Shown here: piece by piece, positions 34,201-44,000 of the stretch
How the letters are laid out: every line of letters begins with the position of its first letter
Position numbering within the stretch: position 1 is the first letter of the stretch
Assembly: GCA_937858435.1 (NCBI GenBank)
Contig: CALLZJ010000359.1
Coordinates: forward strand, 1-44,973
Length of the DNA: 44,973 nucleotides
Source of the DNA: an uncultured bacterium
Lineage (GTDB): Bacteria > Planctomycetota > Planctomycetia > Gemmatales > HRBIN36
Reading direction: 5' to 3'
Made by a program: the position numbers and the translations under genes
The notes under the pieces: generated by a model
Told to the model about the DNA's origin: nothing
Seen by the model: only the letters and a program-made list of their open reading frames with translations
Database searches by the model: none

Positions 34201-36234
34201 ATCAAGGAAGTGTCGGAGAAGAAGTCGCGCACCGTGTTGGCGCGGCAGCATCAGCAGGAACAGGTGGGCAAGCTCCTCCAGGAGTACGCCAACCTGATGA
34301 AGGAGAACAAGTTCCTGGAAGCCGAGCACATCGCCATGAAGGCGCGTGAGCTCGATCCGGACAACGTTCAGGCCGACGCCGCCGTCTTCCGCGCTCGCAT
34401 GATGCGGAACGTCTCCGACGACAACCGCATCCGCGAAAACCAGGTTCGTGGCAACACCACGGCCCTGATGGACATCCATGCGGCGGCAACGCCGAAGGCG
34501 AATGACGCCAATCCGCTGGTCTATGACCGCCCGATCCTCGACCGGGCCAACGACCGCCGCGACCGCAAGCCCACGCCGGGCCAGTTGCCGGTCCAGCCCA
34601 TCGACCAGCGCGATACCGACACCATGGCGAAGCTCGACGCCACCATCAGCGTCGACTTCAAGAACAAGCCGCTCCGCGAAGTGCTCGATGAGCTTCGGGC
34701 CATGACCGGCGCCAACATCGTGCCCCAGGATCAGTTCCTGGCTCAGGAAAACATCAGCCTGGACTACCCCATCGACCTGCAACTCCAGCAGGTGAAGATG
34801 AAGACCGCGCTGAACCTGATCCTGAACAAGGCGCGGCTGACCTACCTGATTCGCGACGGCGTGGTGCTCGTGACCACGGCGGCGGGCAAACGCCAGGACC
34901 TGGTCACCCGCATCTACCCGATCCGCGACCTGATCCACCCGCGTGACGACATGTCCCAGCATGCCAACCAGTCCCTCGCCCAGTGGGCGGTAGGCAGCGA
35001 CGGTCCCACGCACATGAAGTGGAACAAGTCCGGCGTCGGCGGCTCGATGACCGATGAGCAGCTCAGCGCCTCGGGCGTCGTGGACGGCCGCCGGGCCGGC
35101 GAGACGCTCCACGATCAGCTCCGCGACCTGATCACCCGCACGGTCGAGCCGAGCACCTGGGACCGCCAGGGTGGCTCGGGCCAGATCGAGTACTACCCCA
35201 TCGCGGGCAGCTTGATCGTGACCCAGACGGGTGACATCCAGGAGCAGATCGACTCGCTCCTGGGCCGGCTCCGCGAACTGCAGGAGCTGCAGGTGACCGT
35301 CGAGGTCCGCATCATCCAGCTCTCGGACGACTTCTTCGAGCGGGTGGGCATCGGCTTCGGCATGCAGGGCAGGCCCGCGTCGACGAAGTTCAACAACCAG
35401 TTCGCGACGCAGAACTTCGCGCCGCCCGGCCAGCTCAACACGCCGGGCAACGTCAACACCATCGTGGGCCTGACGCCCACGGAAGTCCCGGGCAACTACT
35501 CGTTCACCAACACGCTGATGGTGCCGGTGAACAACAGTTCGTTCGCGGCGTCCGCGCCGGTCAACTTCCCGCTCTATCAGAATTCGCCGGCGGGGAATGG
35601 CGGCTTGGACATTGGCCTGGCCTTCCTGAGCAACATCCAGGTCTTCCTCTTCATGGAAGCCGCTCAGGGCGAGGTCCGGTCCAACCAGCTCCAGGCACCG
35701 AAGCTGACCATGTTCAATGGTCAGACGGCGACGCTGCTGGTGAACCAGATCGACCTGTTCGTGGTCAGCGTCGACGCCCAGCGTGACTTCTTCACCGGGG
35801 CGATCGTATTCGTGCCCAACACCGTGCCGATCCCGACCGGTCTGACGTTGTCGATCCAGGCGGCCATCACTGCCGATCGCAAGTACGTCCAGCTCTCGCT
35901 GGCGCCGTCGATCACGCAGCTTGGCAACCGGGACCGCACCTTCACGCCGATCCCGGGGCTGACGCTCCAGCAGCCCAGCATCGAGACCTTCTCGCTCAGC
36001 ACCGCGGTCATGGTGCCGGACGGCGGGACGATCCTCCTCGGTGGCATCAAGCGGATGCGCGAAGCGCGGCGCGAGTTCGGCCCGCCCGTGCCTTCAAAGA
36101 CCCCCTACATCAACCGCCTGTTCCGGAACAACTCCTATGCTCGGGAAGCCACCAGCACCCTGCTGATGGTCACGCCGCGCATCATCATTCCGGAAGAGGA
36201 AGAGGAACGGCTCAACCAGACCTTCGCGTTCTAA
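31222..36234 (+). CDS. giant secretin (type II/III secretion system/PilQ family C-terminal domain) with an N-terminal TPR-like repeat region of about 1100 aa (1670 aa)
   Basis: SD AAAGGAGG 5 nt before GTG 31222. Signal-like KRALFVAWLSGMGLVGIG. Secretin N-domain (ISVDFKNKPLREVLDEL...VVLVTT) and secretin core (VTVEVRIIQLSDDFFERVGIGF ... VPDGGTILLGGIKRM ... TPYINRLFRNN ... LLMVTPRII). Confidence 0.9.
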   Translation: MKRALFVAWLSGMGLVGIGPDRLAAQSTDAPGGAEARPVKPRTALEMGRNAFYKGEFEMADVYLRQAQEVRPQLAPTEQSELDALVKRNGEALKGRLAALDLIKKASDALNAGRTREAESLLRSLQANKFLNANDRQVVAQLNDQLRKGGAKPASPVTASNRPTPQNPDALLAEGRKALEGRDYDQAEALAIPPIQGGFSAVGPGSDPPQKVPKAVPAARPRAARAAQAPATPAPTGDARSTVAREKLKQAHQSVRAGDTVTAARLVREVEEMKVAFLWSEELTPDKLKNEIAKVEARNVQQAGMVQQAPSQPAAPPGADARMLVREAKKALDAGDLDRAEELARQARLQPTSWSLFEETADGMLAEVAKAREQVNSKRAGELLTQARRLVEQGMFDEAEKLTYQAEALRRSYPIWYRGERPDRLRAEITTKRRTTTRPQLPPLLDPATARGPAPSPTSPTTPNLTATAQTDPRQVQAAGMLTQARVHLNRGEYKAAIDLAQQVQAMNVTLAAGSDSPDAIIKAVQVSMGYAQQQENPAQGEVARRQALQLIAEARLQMRNENIVAAQQLVAKAQSIGAYFQPTDDTPERVLTELRQKAAAQVKTYSDAARTLIERGEAKKAEAYIAYVQKVGGSFSIDTTVVVGDLQQKLSATVVAQVTPPQAPTMPSVSAPPAPAAPVVVSEAPAAPPAPPAVAQAAPSTPPTAEPAPAAPSSPVASSVPTPAMPEAPTMPEVPTAPSVAPSPVAVAQTAPTAPPVAAPVQGQQMLAEAQAALEQGNMTQARKLAEAVFIGSPELKGAANQMLSAIDLAEEKQAHDRARMTFEQFVRACQRQEFEVALSYAHTLDAGKLDPASRAQFQELMASRELQPRVTQVQATESHPAVAQAQPSLPSPGVGQPPVDDGMGEFRARQEVEFQRLREVKRLSEVKANQLAGKGDLDGAIAELKAVLAEIDKASIDPEMSAKLERQVNERLNRFKIMAEQVAFAKMQERQIKEVSEKKSRTVLARQHQQEQVGKLLQEYANLMKENKFLEAEHIAMKARELDPDNVQADAAVFRARMMRNVSDDNRIRENQVRGNTTALMDIHAAATPKANDANPLVYDRPILDRANDRRDRKPTPGQLPVQPIDQRDTDTMAKLDATISVDFKNKPLREVLDELRAMTGANIVPQDQFLAQENISLDYPIDLQLQQVKMKTALNLILNKARLTYLIRDGVVLVTTAAGKRQDLVTRIYPIRDLIHPRDDMSQHANQSLAQWAVGSDGPTHMKWNKSGVGGSMTDEQLSASGVVDGRRAGETLHDQLRDLITRTVEPSTWDRQGGSGQIEYYPIAGSLIVTQTGDIQEQIDSLLGRLRELQELQVTVEVRIIQLSDDFFERVGIGFGMQGRPASTKFNNQFATQNFAPPGQLNTPGNVNTIVGLTPTEVPGNYSFTNTLMVPVNNSSFAASAPVNFPLYQNSPAGNGGLDIGLAFLSNIQVFLFMEAAQGEVRSNQLQAPKLTMFNGQTATLLVNQIDLFVVSVDAQRDFFTGAIVFVPNTVPIPTGLTLSIQAAITADRKYVQLSLAPSITQLGNRDRTFTPIPGLTLQQPSIETFSLSTAVMVPDGGTILLGGIKRMREARREFGPPVPSKTPYINRLFRNNSYAREATSTLLMVTPRIIIPEEEEERLNQTFAF

Positions 36235-36261
36235 GGCGCGACCGGTTACTCTGACAACGCT

Positions 36262-36297
36262 CCGGCCCGCGGGAACTCCCCGCGGGCCGGTTTCTTG
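36262..36297 (+). terminator. rho-independent terminator after the secretin gene
   Basis: Perfect 12-bp stem CCGGCCCGCGGG/CCCGCGGGCCGG, loop AACTC, followed by TTTCTT. Confidence 0.6.
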
Positions 36298-36301
36298 CGC
36301 G

Positions 36302-37666
36302 CTAGGGGTCAGCCACGAAGACCGAGGACCGCTGGTCCTCAAAGACGAGGCGGAAGCGGGGGTGCAGCCGTAAGAGTTGGCCCAGCGGGCTCTTCTGCTG
36401 CACCAGCAGCACGCGGGCGGACCGCAGCTCGGGCAGGTCCTGCCAGCCCGGCTCGCCACCCCAGGCCTTGAGCGAGGCCTCAATCCGGGCATCGCCGTGC
36501 AGGTTCGTCCGTCCATCCATCGCCACCGGGTATTCGGGCAAGCGCCAGATAAGGTAGCCACCCCAGTCGAAGTGGTTGAAGATCGGCCCCGGGTAGCCCT
36601 GCGCGCGGATGTGGGCGACGGCAGCCACCGGGTAGGACTCCTCTTCCGATGTGACGAACGCGGCCTCCTGCAGGCGCCAGCTCCCGCTGGCCGCCAGTAG
36701 CACCAGGCCGGCGGGCACGGCGAGTTGCGTCCAGCGGGGCCAGGAGGCGGCCGCCGGCAGGGACAGCCAGGTGAAACGCAACTCGCTGAGCACCGCCACC
36801 ACGCCGACCAGGAGATACCACTGGTCGCGCTTGGCCCGCAGTCCGGCGAAGGTGGGCCCCACGATCAGCAGAATCTGGAAGGTCGATAGCCCACGCTGGC
36901 GACCGAGCAGGAACAGGGCCAGCCCCGCCAACCCCACGCAGAGCCAGTCTTCCCGCCGCCGGAAGTTCGGTGCCGTCAGTTCGTAGACATAGGCGAAGGC
37001 CCCCGGCTGCGAGGCATACTCCCAGACCACCTGGTAGATGGAAACGTGGAAGGGGTTCACCAGCGTGCCAGCCGCACACAGGAGGGCGATCAGCAGCAAG
37101 CGCTGCCAGCTTGCCGATCCGAGTTGGGCGGGTTCGTCTTGCTCCCAGCCCAGCCAGCGGTCGAAAAGGGGCGCCAGGACGCCGACCCCCAGCAGGGCCA
37201 GCCCATAGATGAACTGAATGTGCCAGTTGGCCCAGAGGACATAGCCCAGGGGGAGGAGCCAGTGGTGCCAGCGGCGCGAGCCGGCCCGCAAGTCCTGCAT
37301 GACCGCCACGGTCCACATACCCATCATCATGGAAAGCAGCCAGGGCCGCTCGCTGAGGGTCATCAGGAAGAAGCTGAAATAGCCCAGGAGAAAGAGCAGG
37401 GCCGACCAGAGCACGGAGTTGGGGTAGCGGGTCGTGAAGAGCAGCCAGGCCCAGGCCACGAGGAAGCCCTGGACGGCACGGAAGAAGACGATCCCATGCC
37501 AGCCCCAGGTCGCATAGCCATGGTAGAGTGCGAGCTCGTAAAGCCAACTGTAGGCGCGCCAGTCCTGGCCGGTCTCAAGACCATACCGGGAAAAGGGGTC
37601 CTGCCGAGGGACGTCCTGGTGTTCCACGATCCACTGCCCCACGCGCAGGTGCCACCAGGTGTCCAC
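36302..37666 (-). CDS. polytopic integral membrane protein, GT-C-like putative glycosyltransferase (454 aa from GTG; possible 5' extension interrupted by TAG)
   Basis: About 10 or more hydrophobic segments, then a soluble C-terminal domain of about 130 aa. N-terminal DTWWHLRVGQWIVEH...DPFS motif. Divergent from a GT2 gene. See the finding on the in-frame stop. Confidence 0.7.
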   Translation of the reverse strand: MDTWWHLRVGQWIVEHQDVPRQDPFSRYGLETGQDWRAYSWLYELALYHGYATWGWHGIVFFRAVQGFLVAWAWLLFTTRYPNSVLWSALLFLLGYFSFFLMTLSERPWLLSMMMGMWTVAVMQDLRAGSRRWHHWLLPLGYVLWANWHIQFIYGLALLGVGVLAPLFDRWLGWEQDEPAQLGSASWQRLLLIALLCAAGTLVNPFHVSIYQVVWEYASQPGAFAYVYELTAPNFRRREDWLCVGLAGLALFLLGRQRGLSTFQILLIVGPTFAGLRAKRDQWYLLVGVVAVLSELRFTWLSLPAAASWPRWTQLAVPAGLVLLAASGSWRLQEAAFVTSEEESYPVAAVAHIRAQGYPGPIFNHFDWGGYLIWRLPEYPVAMDGRTNLHGDARIEASLKAWGGEPGWQDLPELRSARVLLVQQKSPLGQLLRLHPRFRLVFEDQRSSVFVADP

Positions 37667-37935
37667 GTCGATATGGGTGTGGAAAAGCTGCTGGGAGCCG
37701 AGCAGAATCGCAAAAGCGAAGAGGAGCGGCAGCAGCTAGCGGGGGAAGAGGCCCGGCGCGGCGGGGGCTGGCGAATCCGACAAGGCGGAGGAAGTCATGG
37801 CAGGGGCTCGCCTGAAGTTGCCGCCAGCCGCCCGCCTTCGGACGCCGGCCTTTTCTGCATGATATAATGTGGAGACCGTGTGAACCTGCCGCCGAGCCGG
37901 CGTTTCCCTCAACGACTAGACCACGAGAGTTGGGC

Positions 37936-38757
37936 ATGGACATGCTTGTGGCGGAGCGGCTGCGGCGCGAAGCACCCAGCCTGGCCGACATTCTGGGCCC
38001 CGACGCCCCGCCCCTGCGGCGACGGAGCAAGGTCGTGGCGGTCATGCCGGCCTACAACGCCGCCACCACGCTCCACGCCACCGTGGCCGACGTGCCGCCG
38101 GGCAGCGTCGACAAGATCATCCTCGTCGACGACGGCAGCACCGACGACACCGTGGCCATTGCCCAGGAGATGGGCCTGGAAGTCATCGTCCACGAGCAAA
38201 ATCGGGGCTACGGCGGCAACCAAAAGACCTGCTACCGCCGGGCGCTGGCCGAAGGGGCCGACATCGTCGTCATGATCCACCCAGACTACCAGTACGACAG
38301 CCGGGTGATCGCCGCTGCTGTCAACATCATCGAGCTGGGCATTTGCGACATTGTCCTGGGCAGCCGCATCCGCAGCCGAGCCGAGGCCCTGGCCGGGGGC
38401 ATGCCCCTGTACAAGTACATTGCCAATCGCTTCTTGACCGCGTTCGAAAACATTCTGCTGGGGCAGAATCTGGGCGACTTCCACAGCGGCTTCCGCGTTT
38501 ACCGCCGGGCCGTTCTGGAAACGATCCCCTTTGAGCGCAACTCCGACGATTTCGTCTTTGACACCCAGTTCCTGGTCCAGGCCGTCCATTTCAACTTCCG
38601 TCTGGGTGACATTCCCGTGCCCGTCCGCTACTTTAAAGAGGCAAGCAGCATCAACTTCAAGCGCAGCGTCCGCTACGGCCTGCACACCCTGTGGACCGTG
38701 GCGGAATACTGGCTGCAGCGGTTGGGGCTGCGGCGGTCGTCGCTCTTCTCCTCCTAG
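37936..38757 (+). CDS. family 2 glycosyltransferase (polyprenyl-phosphate sugar synthase-like, 273 aa)
   Basis: [47 protein letters not shown]. Confidence 0.9.
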   Translation: MDMLVAERLRREAPSLADILGPDAPPLRRRSKVVAVMPAYNAATTLHATVADVPPGSVDKIILVDDGSTDDTVAIAQEMGLEVIVHEQNRGYGGNQKTCYRRALAEGADIVVMIHPDYQYDSRVIAAAVNIIELGICDIVLGSRIRSRAEALAGGMPLYKYIANRFLTAFENILLGQNLGDFHSGFRVYRRAVLETIPFERNSDDFVFDTQFLVQAVHFNFRLGDIPVPVRYFKEASSINFKRSVRYGLHTLWTVAEYWLQRLGLRRSSLFSS

Positions 38758-38802
38758 GGAAGCGGCGGCGGGCACGGGCCGGGCAGCCAATCCAGCCCTT
38801 CC

Positions 38803-38891
<89 letters not shown>

Positions 38892-38944
38892 TTGGTGGTT
38901 CGTTAGAGAGGCAGGCGTTCGGCGTCAAATGCGGAGGTGCCCGC

Positions 38945-39316
38945 TTGGACGAAGCCGATGCAATTCAGCGGCTGGTTCGGCTCATCAGCGATGGGTTGCG
39001 GCTGAGTCGCCCCGAGCCGGAGATCGTCGCCCAACTCGTAGCGGCGGGTATCCCAGACGAGAAAGCCCCGGAGCTGTTCGCCGCAGTTAAACAGGCCATC
39101 CAAGCCGGCGTACAGGCGGCGATCACGGAGGGCCTGTCGGCACCCGATGGGCCGCCGGCCGACCCGCTGTTGGCGGCGGCATTCCGGGAGGGGCAGGCGG
39201 CGTTTCGCGGTTCCATCCGCCGAGTCTGGCTGGAGCGGCTGGCTATTCCCTTGGGGCTGGTCTTGCTGCTGACCGTTCTGTTGGTCGGCCGGCTGCTGGG
39301 CTGGTGGGGCCAGTGA
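38945..39316 (+). CDS. hypothetical tail-anchored membrane protein (123 aa)
   Basis: The ORF in the track starts inside the tRNA. The only plausible start is TTG 38945 with GGAGG 7 nt upstream. C-terminal TM segment LAIPLGLVLLLTVLLVGRLLGWW. Confidence 0.4.
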   Translation: MDEADAIQRLVRLISDGLRLSRPEPEIVAQLVAAGIPDEKAPELFAAVKQAIQAGVQAAITEGLSAPDGPPADPLLAAAFREGQAAFRGSIRRVWLERLAIPLGLVLLLTVLLVGRLLGWWGQ

Positions 39317-39366
39317 GGCCGAACCAGCCGTTGCACCTGACCGCGGCGGTGTGCAAGAGGGCGAAC

Positions 39367-39753
39367 ATGACAAGCACCTGGGTTCGACACTTGACCTTGA
39401 TGATCACAATGGCAGCAGCACTTTACTCGGCTGGCTGCTCGTCGAAATCAGAGGCCGAGCGGGATATCGCCGCTGGCAACTTGCGCCTCAAGAAGATCGA
39501 GAGCGAGGAGCCTGGTGTCGCAAAGAACGATCCTGAGTTCGTGGCCTTCGCTGCGCTGCTCAAGGAGAAGTGCGGGGTCGAGGTCGTCTACGTTCTCAAA
39601 CCCACGACGGATGACGAGAAGGCAGAGATCGAACACTACAACAACCGGATGCAGCAAGAGATCGACAAGCGCTTCGGTGCGGGCACACTCGTAAAGTTGC
39701 GAGGAGAGGCAAAGCTGAAAGCAGCGGGTCATGCAGTTGGCACGGGCGAGTAG
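39367..39753 (+). CDS. small lipoprotein (128 aa)
   Basis: Signal and lipobox LTLMITMAAALYSAG-C. Charged helical remainder. Local GC is lower than in flanking genes. Confidence 0.55.
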   Translation: MTSTWVRHLTLMITMAAALYSAGCSSKSEAERDIAAGNLRLKKIESEEPGVAKNDPEFVAFAALLKEKCGVEVVYVLKPTTDDEKAEIEHYNNRMQQEIDKRFGAGTLVKLRGEAKLKAAGHAVGTGE

Positions 39754-40041
39754 GTGCCGAAAAGGCCGCTGAAGGAGACGGAGCCAAAGGGGCAAGCATG
39801 GATTCTTTCGGCAGCGAAGAGGGTAGTCGGGTGGACGTGGTATTCCCGCCCCTACCGGAATCGATCTGGGGAGTCGTCGCTAACCAGGTGCAACAGCAGG
39901 CCGCCGGGGCGCTTGGTGTTTCTGGGTTTCGCTCAGTGCCGTTGGTGGCGTGAGTCCCGGCGGCGGTAGAGCGGGGTCGATCGGCGTCCGAGCATTTCCC
40001 GCAACGTAAAGGCGGGCATTCACAACGAAAGGTCCAATCGC

Positions 40042-40281
40042 ATGAGTAAGCCGATGAGCAATAGATCGCTGAGCAAAAAGTCCACTGCAATCCTCGGAGT
40101 CGGATTGTTGGCCCTTGGCTCGGCGTTGGTCTTTTACACCGCTGTCCAGCTCGACGATTTTGTCAGGATGTTCATGAATCTCCTGGGGGCGGGACTTGTC
40201 GGAATTGGTTTCATGATTGCGACAGTTGCCCAAGCGATGAAGCCCGATGGCAATCAGATTGAATCGCCGACGAAGACGTAA
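40042..40281 (+). CDS. small two-TM membrane protein (79 aa)
   Basis: Two hydrophobic segments (AILGVGLLALGSALVFYTAV; LLGAGLVGIGFMIATVA). Weak GAAAGG SD. Confidence 0.4.
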   Translation: MSKPMSNRSLSKKSTAILGVGLLALGSALVFYTAVQLDDFVRMFMNLLGAGLVGIGFMIATVAQAMKPDGNQIESPTKT

Positions 40282-40530
40282 TCTCGCTTGCAATACCAAG
40301 ACCCTGCCAGAGAAAACGTGGGGACCGTACGCCTGGCGATTCCGAGTTCCAGGCGGCCTCGGCAGCTTGGCCTTTTCGTTCGTGTTGCCATTCCCTGGCC
40401 GCCGAAGTGTCTAGATGGCGCCGTCATTCACCGTCTCAGTCCGTGACACCCGCGGTCCGCCCGCACAGCGCAGGCCCAGGCGGTAGCGCGAGGGCCTTGC
40501 GCTGAGAATGAGCAGCGTGAGCCGCGTGGC

Positions 40531-41046
40531 TCACTTCTTGTCTGGCTTGGAACCGTCTTCCTTGAAGGTGCCCTGTGCGGGCTTGCCATTGATCTCGCCC
40601 AGTGCAGTGCCCTCAAAGTCCGCCACGTTGCCCAACCCCGGATCGGTCCCGACAAAAAGGGTGGCTTTGCCCTCCTTGAGGTCCTTGGGCAAAAGCTTGA
40701 TCGTCAGGGCCGGCACCTCCGTCCCGTCGGCGGTCTTGGTCGGCTTGGTGTGCACGGTGATTTCCTTAGCGGCAACGGCCACGGGCGTCGTCTCGTCGTC
40801 GCCTAGGAAGTAGAGCGTGCACTCGTGCTTGGCATGATCGACGGTGAACTCGGCATGGTAGCGTCCGAGGTCAAACACCACGCCGCCGTGCGGGCCAGGG
40901 CCGTGCACATGCCCGGGGCCGTGCTCCTTCGGATGGACTCCACTCGGTCCCGGAGTGCCTCGGGTCGGATGAGCCTTGTGCTCACAGCCCACTACGAAGA
41001 AGAGAAGCAGCACGCCCACAGCGCCCACCACTTTCGCACAACGCAT
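40531..41046 (-). CDS. His-rich periplasmic lipoprotein, putative metal-binding accessory protein of the RND efflux operon (171 aa)
   Basis: Lipobox LLFFVVG-C followed by EHKAHPTRG...HPKEHGPGHVHGPGPHGG. Lies 41 nt downstream of the RND pump gene on the same strand. Confidence 0.65.
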   Translation of the reverse strand: MRCAKVVGAVGVLLLFFVVGCEHKAHPTRGTPGPSGVHPKEHGPGHVHGPGPHGGVVFDLGRYHAEFTVDHAKHECTLYFLGDDETTPVAVAAKEITVHTKPTKTADGTEVPALTIKLLPKDLKEGKATLFVGTDPGLGNVADFEGTALGEINGKPAQGTFKEDGSKPDKK

Positions 41047-41087
41047 CGGACACGTCCTTTCGAAGAGAAACGAGGTGAAAAGGTCTG

Positions 41088-44000
41088 CTATGCCACGCCC
41101 CGGAGCAACTCCACGTCTTCGTCACCGCTGCGTACCAATTGTTGGGCGTTCCTGCCGGAGAACCTCAAGAACAGGCCCGGGTGAATCAGGAACTCGCAGA
41201 ACGTTGCGGTCATTAGCCCACCCAGGATCACGGTGGCGACCGGATAGAGAATCTCCAGGCCGGGTTTACGGCCCCCCAAGACGATGGGCAAGAGGCCCAT
41301 GCCGGCGGTGAGCGCGGTCATCAGCACGGGCGACAGACGCTCCAGGCTGCCGCGCAACACCATCTGCTCCGTAAATCCCTCGCCTTCGTGCCGCATGAGG
41401 TGGACGTAGTGCGTGACCAGGAGAATGCCGTTGCGCACGGCGATGCCGCCCAGCGAGACGAAGCCGACCAGACTGGCGACGGTGAGCGTCTGCTGAGTCA
41501 GAACCAAGGCCAGCACGCCGCCGATGAAGGCCGTTGGGATCGCGTTCAGGACTTGCAGAGTAATGCGTACCGAAGGGAAAAGCAGCAGGAGCACAAAGAA
41601 GATCCCTCCCAGGGAGGCACCCGCCAGGAGCACGATGAGGAGGGTCGCCGAGCGCTGGGCCTCGAACTGCCCGCCGAACTCGAGGAAATAGCCGGGAGGC
41701 AAGGACACCTGGTCGCGCACGCGCTGCTCGATCTCGGCGGCGACGCTCCCCAGGTCCCGGCCCGCGACGTTGCAGCGCACGGTCTGCCGCCGCCGGGCCT
41801 GCTCGCGGCCAATCGAGTTGGGTCCGCTGGCCGACTCGGGAACGTCGGCCACGTCGCGCAGCCGAATCTGCCCGCGCCCTCCTGGCAGTTCGAGACGCAG
41901 GTCGCCGAGGCGGAAGCGGTCCGAGCGGTAGGGTTCATTCAGTGTGACCACCAGATCGAAACGCCGCTGCCCCTCATGCACCTGGGAGAGAACCGTGCCC
42001 TTGAGCGCGGTCTGTACCCACGCGGCCACGTACTCCCGGCTCAGCCCGTAGAAGGCTAGATCGTCAGGCCGGGGAATGACATGCACTTCATCGACGCGTT
42101 CCTGCGGATCGACGAGCGGCGGGGGGACCCCCGCGATGGGGGCGATGGCATCCTGAATGCGCAGCGCCAGATCGCGGAGCTTGTCCAGGTCGTCGCCATA
42201 CACCTTGACGGCGATCTGGGCCGTCACGCCGGACAACATGTGGCTGATGAGGTGCGACAGGGGTTGCTCGGCCTCGAACTCCACGCCAGGTACCTCGGCA
42301 CGGAGCTGAGCCAGCAAGGTGCGGATAAACTCGTCGCGGCGATACCGGGCACGCGGATTCATGGTCAGAATGTACTCGCTGCGACTGACCGGCTCGGCAT
42401 GTTCGTCGCGTTCAGCCCTGCCGGTTCGGCGAATGAAGTGCAGGATCGGTTCGCCGGGTTTCTCTGGAGTACACTGCAGGGCCTTGAGCCGAGCGTCGAT
42501 CAGGGCCGCGACGTCATTGGAGGCCTTGAGGGACGAGCCGCTCGGCAAGGTGACGTTGATCTGCGTACTACCTTCATCGAACTTGGGCAGGAAATCAGCC
42601 CCCAGCCGCGTGAGTTGCCAGACACTCCAAGCGGCGACGATCCAGGTGGTCAACAGCAGCCAGGGAGCGAAGCGCAGACTGAAACGAATCAGCGGCGTGG
42701 CCAGCGTCTTAAGTACGCGGAGGAGGACGCTATCACCGGTGTGAGATTTCCGGCTACTAGGCAACAGGTAGTAGGAGAGCACCGGGGTGACGGTCAAGGA
42801 GACGGCCAGCGAGGCCAGGATGGAGGTGATATAGGCCAGTCCCAGCGGCACGAAGAGCCGGCCTTCGACGCCGGTCAGGGCAAACAATGGGGCGAACGCC
42901 AGGATCACGACGGCCGTGCCGAACACGATGGCCGAGCGAATCTCGACGCTGGCCTGGTAGACGACGACGATGGCCGGCTTGGGCAGGGCACTGCTGGCAT
43001 TCTCACCCAGCCGGCGATGGATGTTCTCGACGTCGACAATCGCATCGTCCACCAACTCGCCCATGGCCACGGCCAGCCCACCCAGCGTCATGACGTTAAT
43101 GGATAACGGGGTCCCCGTCAGCATCTCGATGAGGCGAAACACGAGCGTGGTCGTCAGCAGCGAGAGCGGAATGGCCGTCAGCGTGATGAAGGTGGTACGG
43201 AGGTTGAAGAGGAATAGGAACAAGACGGCCACGACTAGCCCGGCTCCGATGAGCAGCGCTTCTTCGACGTAGTAGATGCCCAGGTCGATGAACTTGCGAA
43301 GCTGGAACAGTTCGGTGTTGATGACGAGATCGGCCGGCAGCCCGGAGGCGGTGCTGGCAAGTACTTGCGTGACTGCCGCCGTGACGCGCCGGGTGTCCGC
43401 GTGCGGTTGTTTGACGATGGTGAGGACCACGCCCGGATGGCTGTTTACGCCGGCGTCGCCGCGCTTCGGCGCGGGCCCGACCGTCACCTCAGCGACCTGA
43501 GCGAGCAGCACGGCGCGGGCGGGTCCCACCTTCACCGGAATCTGCCGCAGGTCGTCGATCGCCTTGTCCGCCTGCGGGCCCAGGCGCGCCAGCACGCGCA
43601 CGGGCCGCTCGGTTTGATCTTCCACGATTATGCCGCCGCTGGCATTCAGATTGTTCGCCCGAATGGCCTCTTCCACCTCGTGCAGCGTGACGCCGAACTC
43701 CTGCAGCTGCTCCGGATTGACGCGGACCTGAAATTGCTTGCGATCGCCGCCCATGACGATCACTTCCGCCACGCCGGGCAACTGCAACAGACGGGGCCGG
43801 ATTAGCCAGTCGGCCAGGGCATGCAGTTCCATGCGTTCGGCCAACGGATCGAGAAACTGCACACGGAACGTCTGCCCGGCATGGATGAAGGTCGCGGCAT
43901 GGCTGGCACCAGCGACCTGCCAGTCAACCTTATCGGCGGGCACCCGGTCCCCCCGCCGCAGGGCGGCTCCGGGCCGCGGCCGCCAGAGAGTCAGCGTGGG

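Noticed and set aside
30403-35112. 1569-aa ORF on the minus strand, the longest in that region
   Set aside because: It is antisense to the secretin gene. The translation is Arg/Gly/His/Leu-rich low complexity with no motifs, while the plus-strand frame has a strong SD, signal peptide and canonical secretin domains. This is a typical high-GC shadow ORF.
39371-39385. Partial repeat of the tRNA-Ser T-arm (GGGTTCGA) downstream of the tRNA, considered as a possible att site
   Set aside because: Only 8-9 nt match, it lies inside a coding sequence, and no integrase is present. This is within chance expectation.
39798-39953. 51-aa ORF (MDSFGSEEGSRVDVVFPPLPESIWG...) with AAAGGGG upstream
   Set aside because: It is too short, has no motif and only moderate third-position GC. 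Mentioned only as part of the tRNA-Ser islet.
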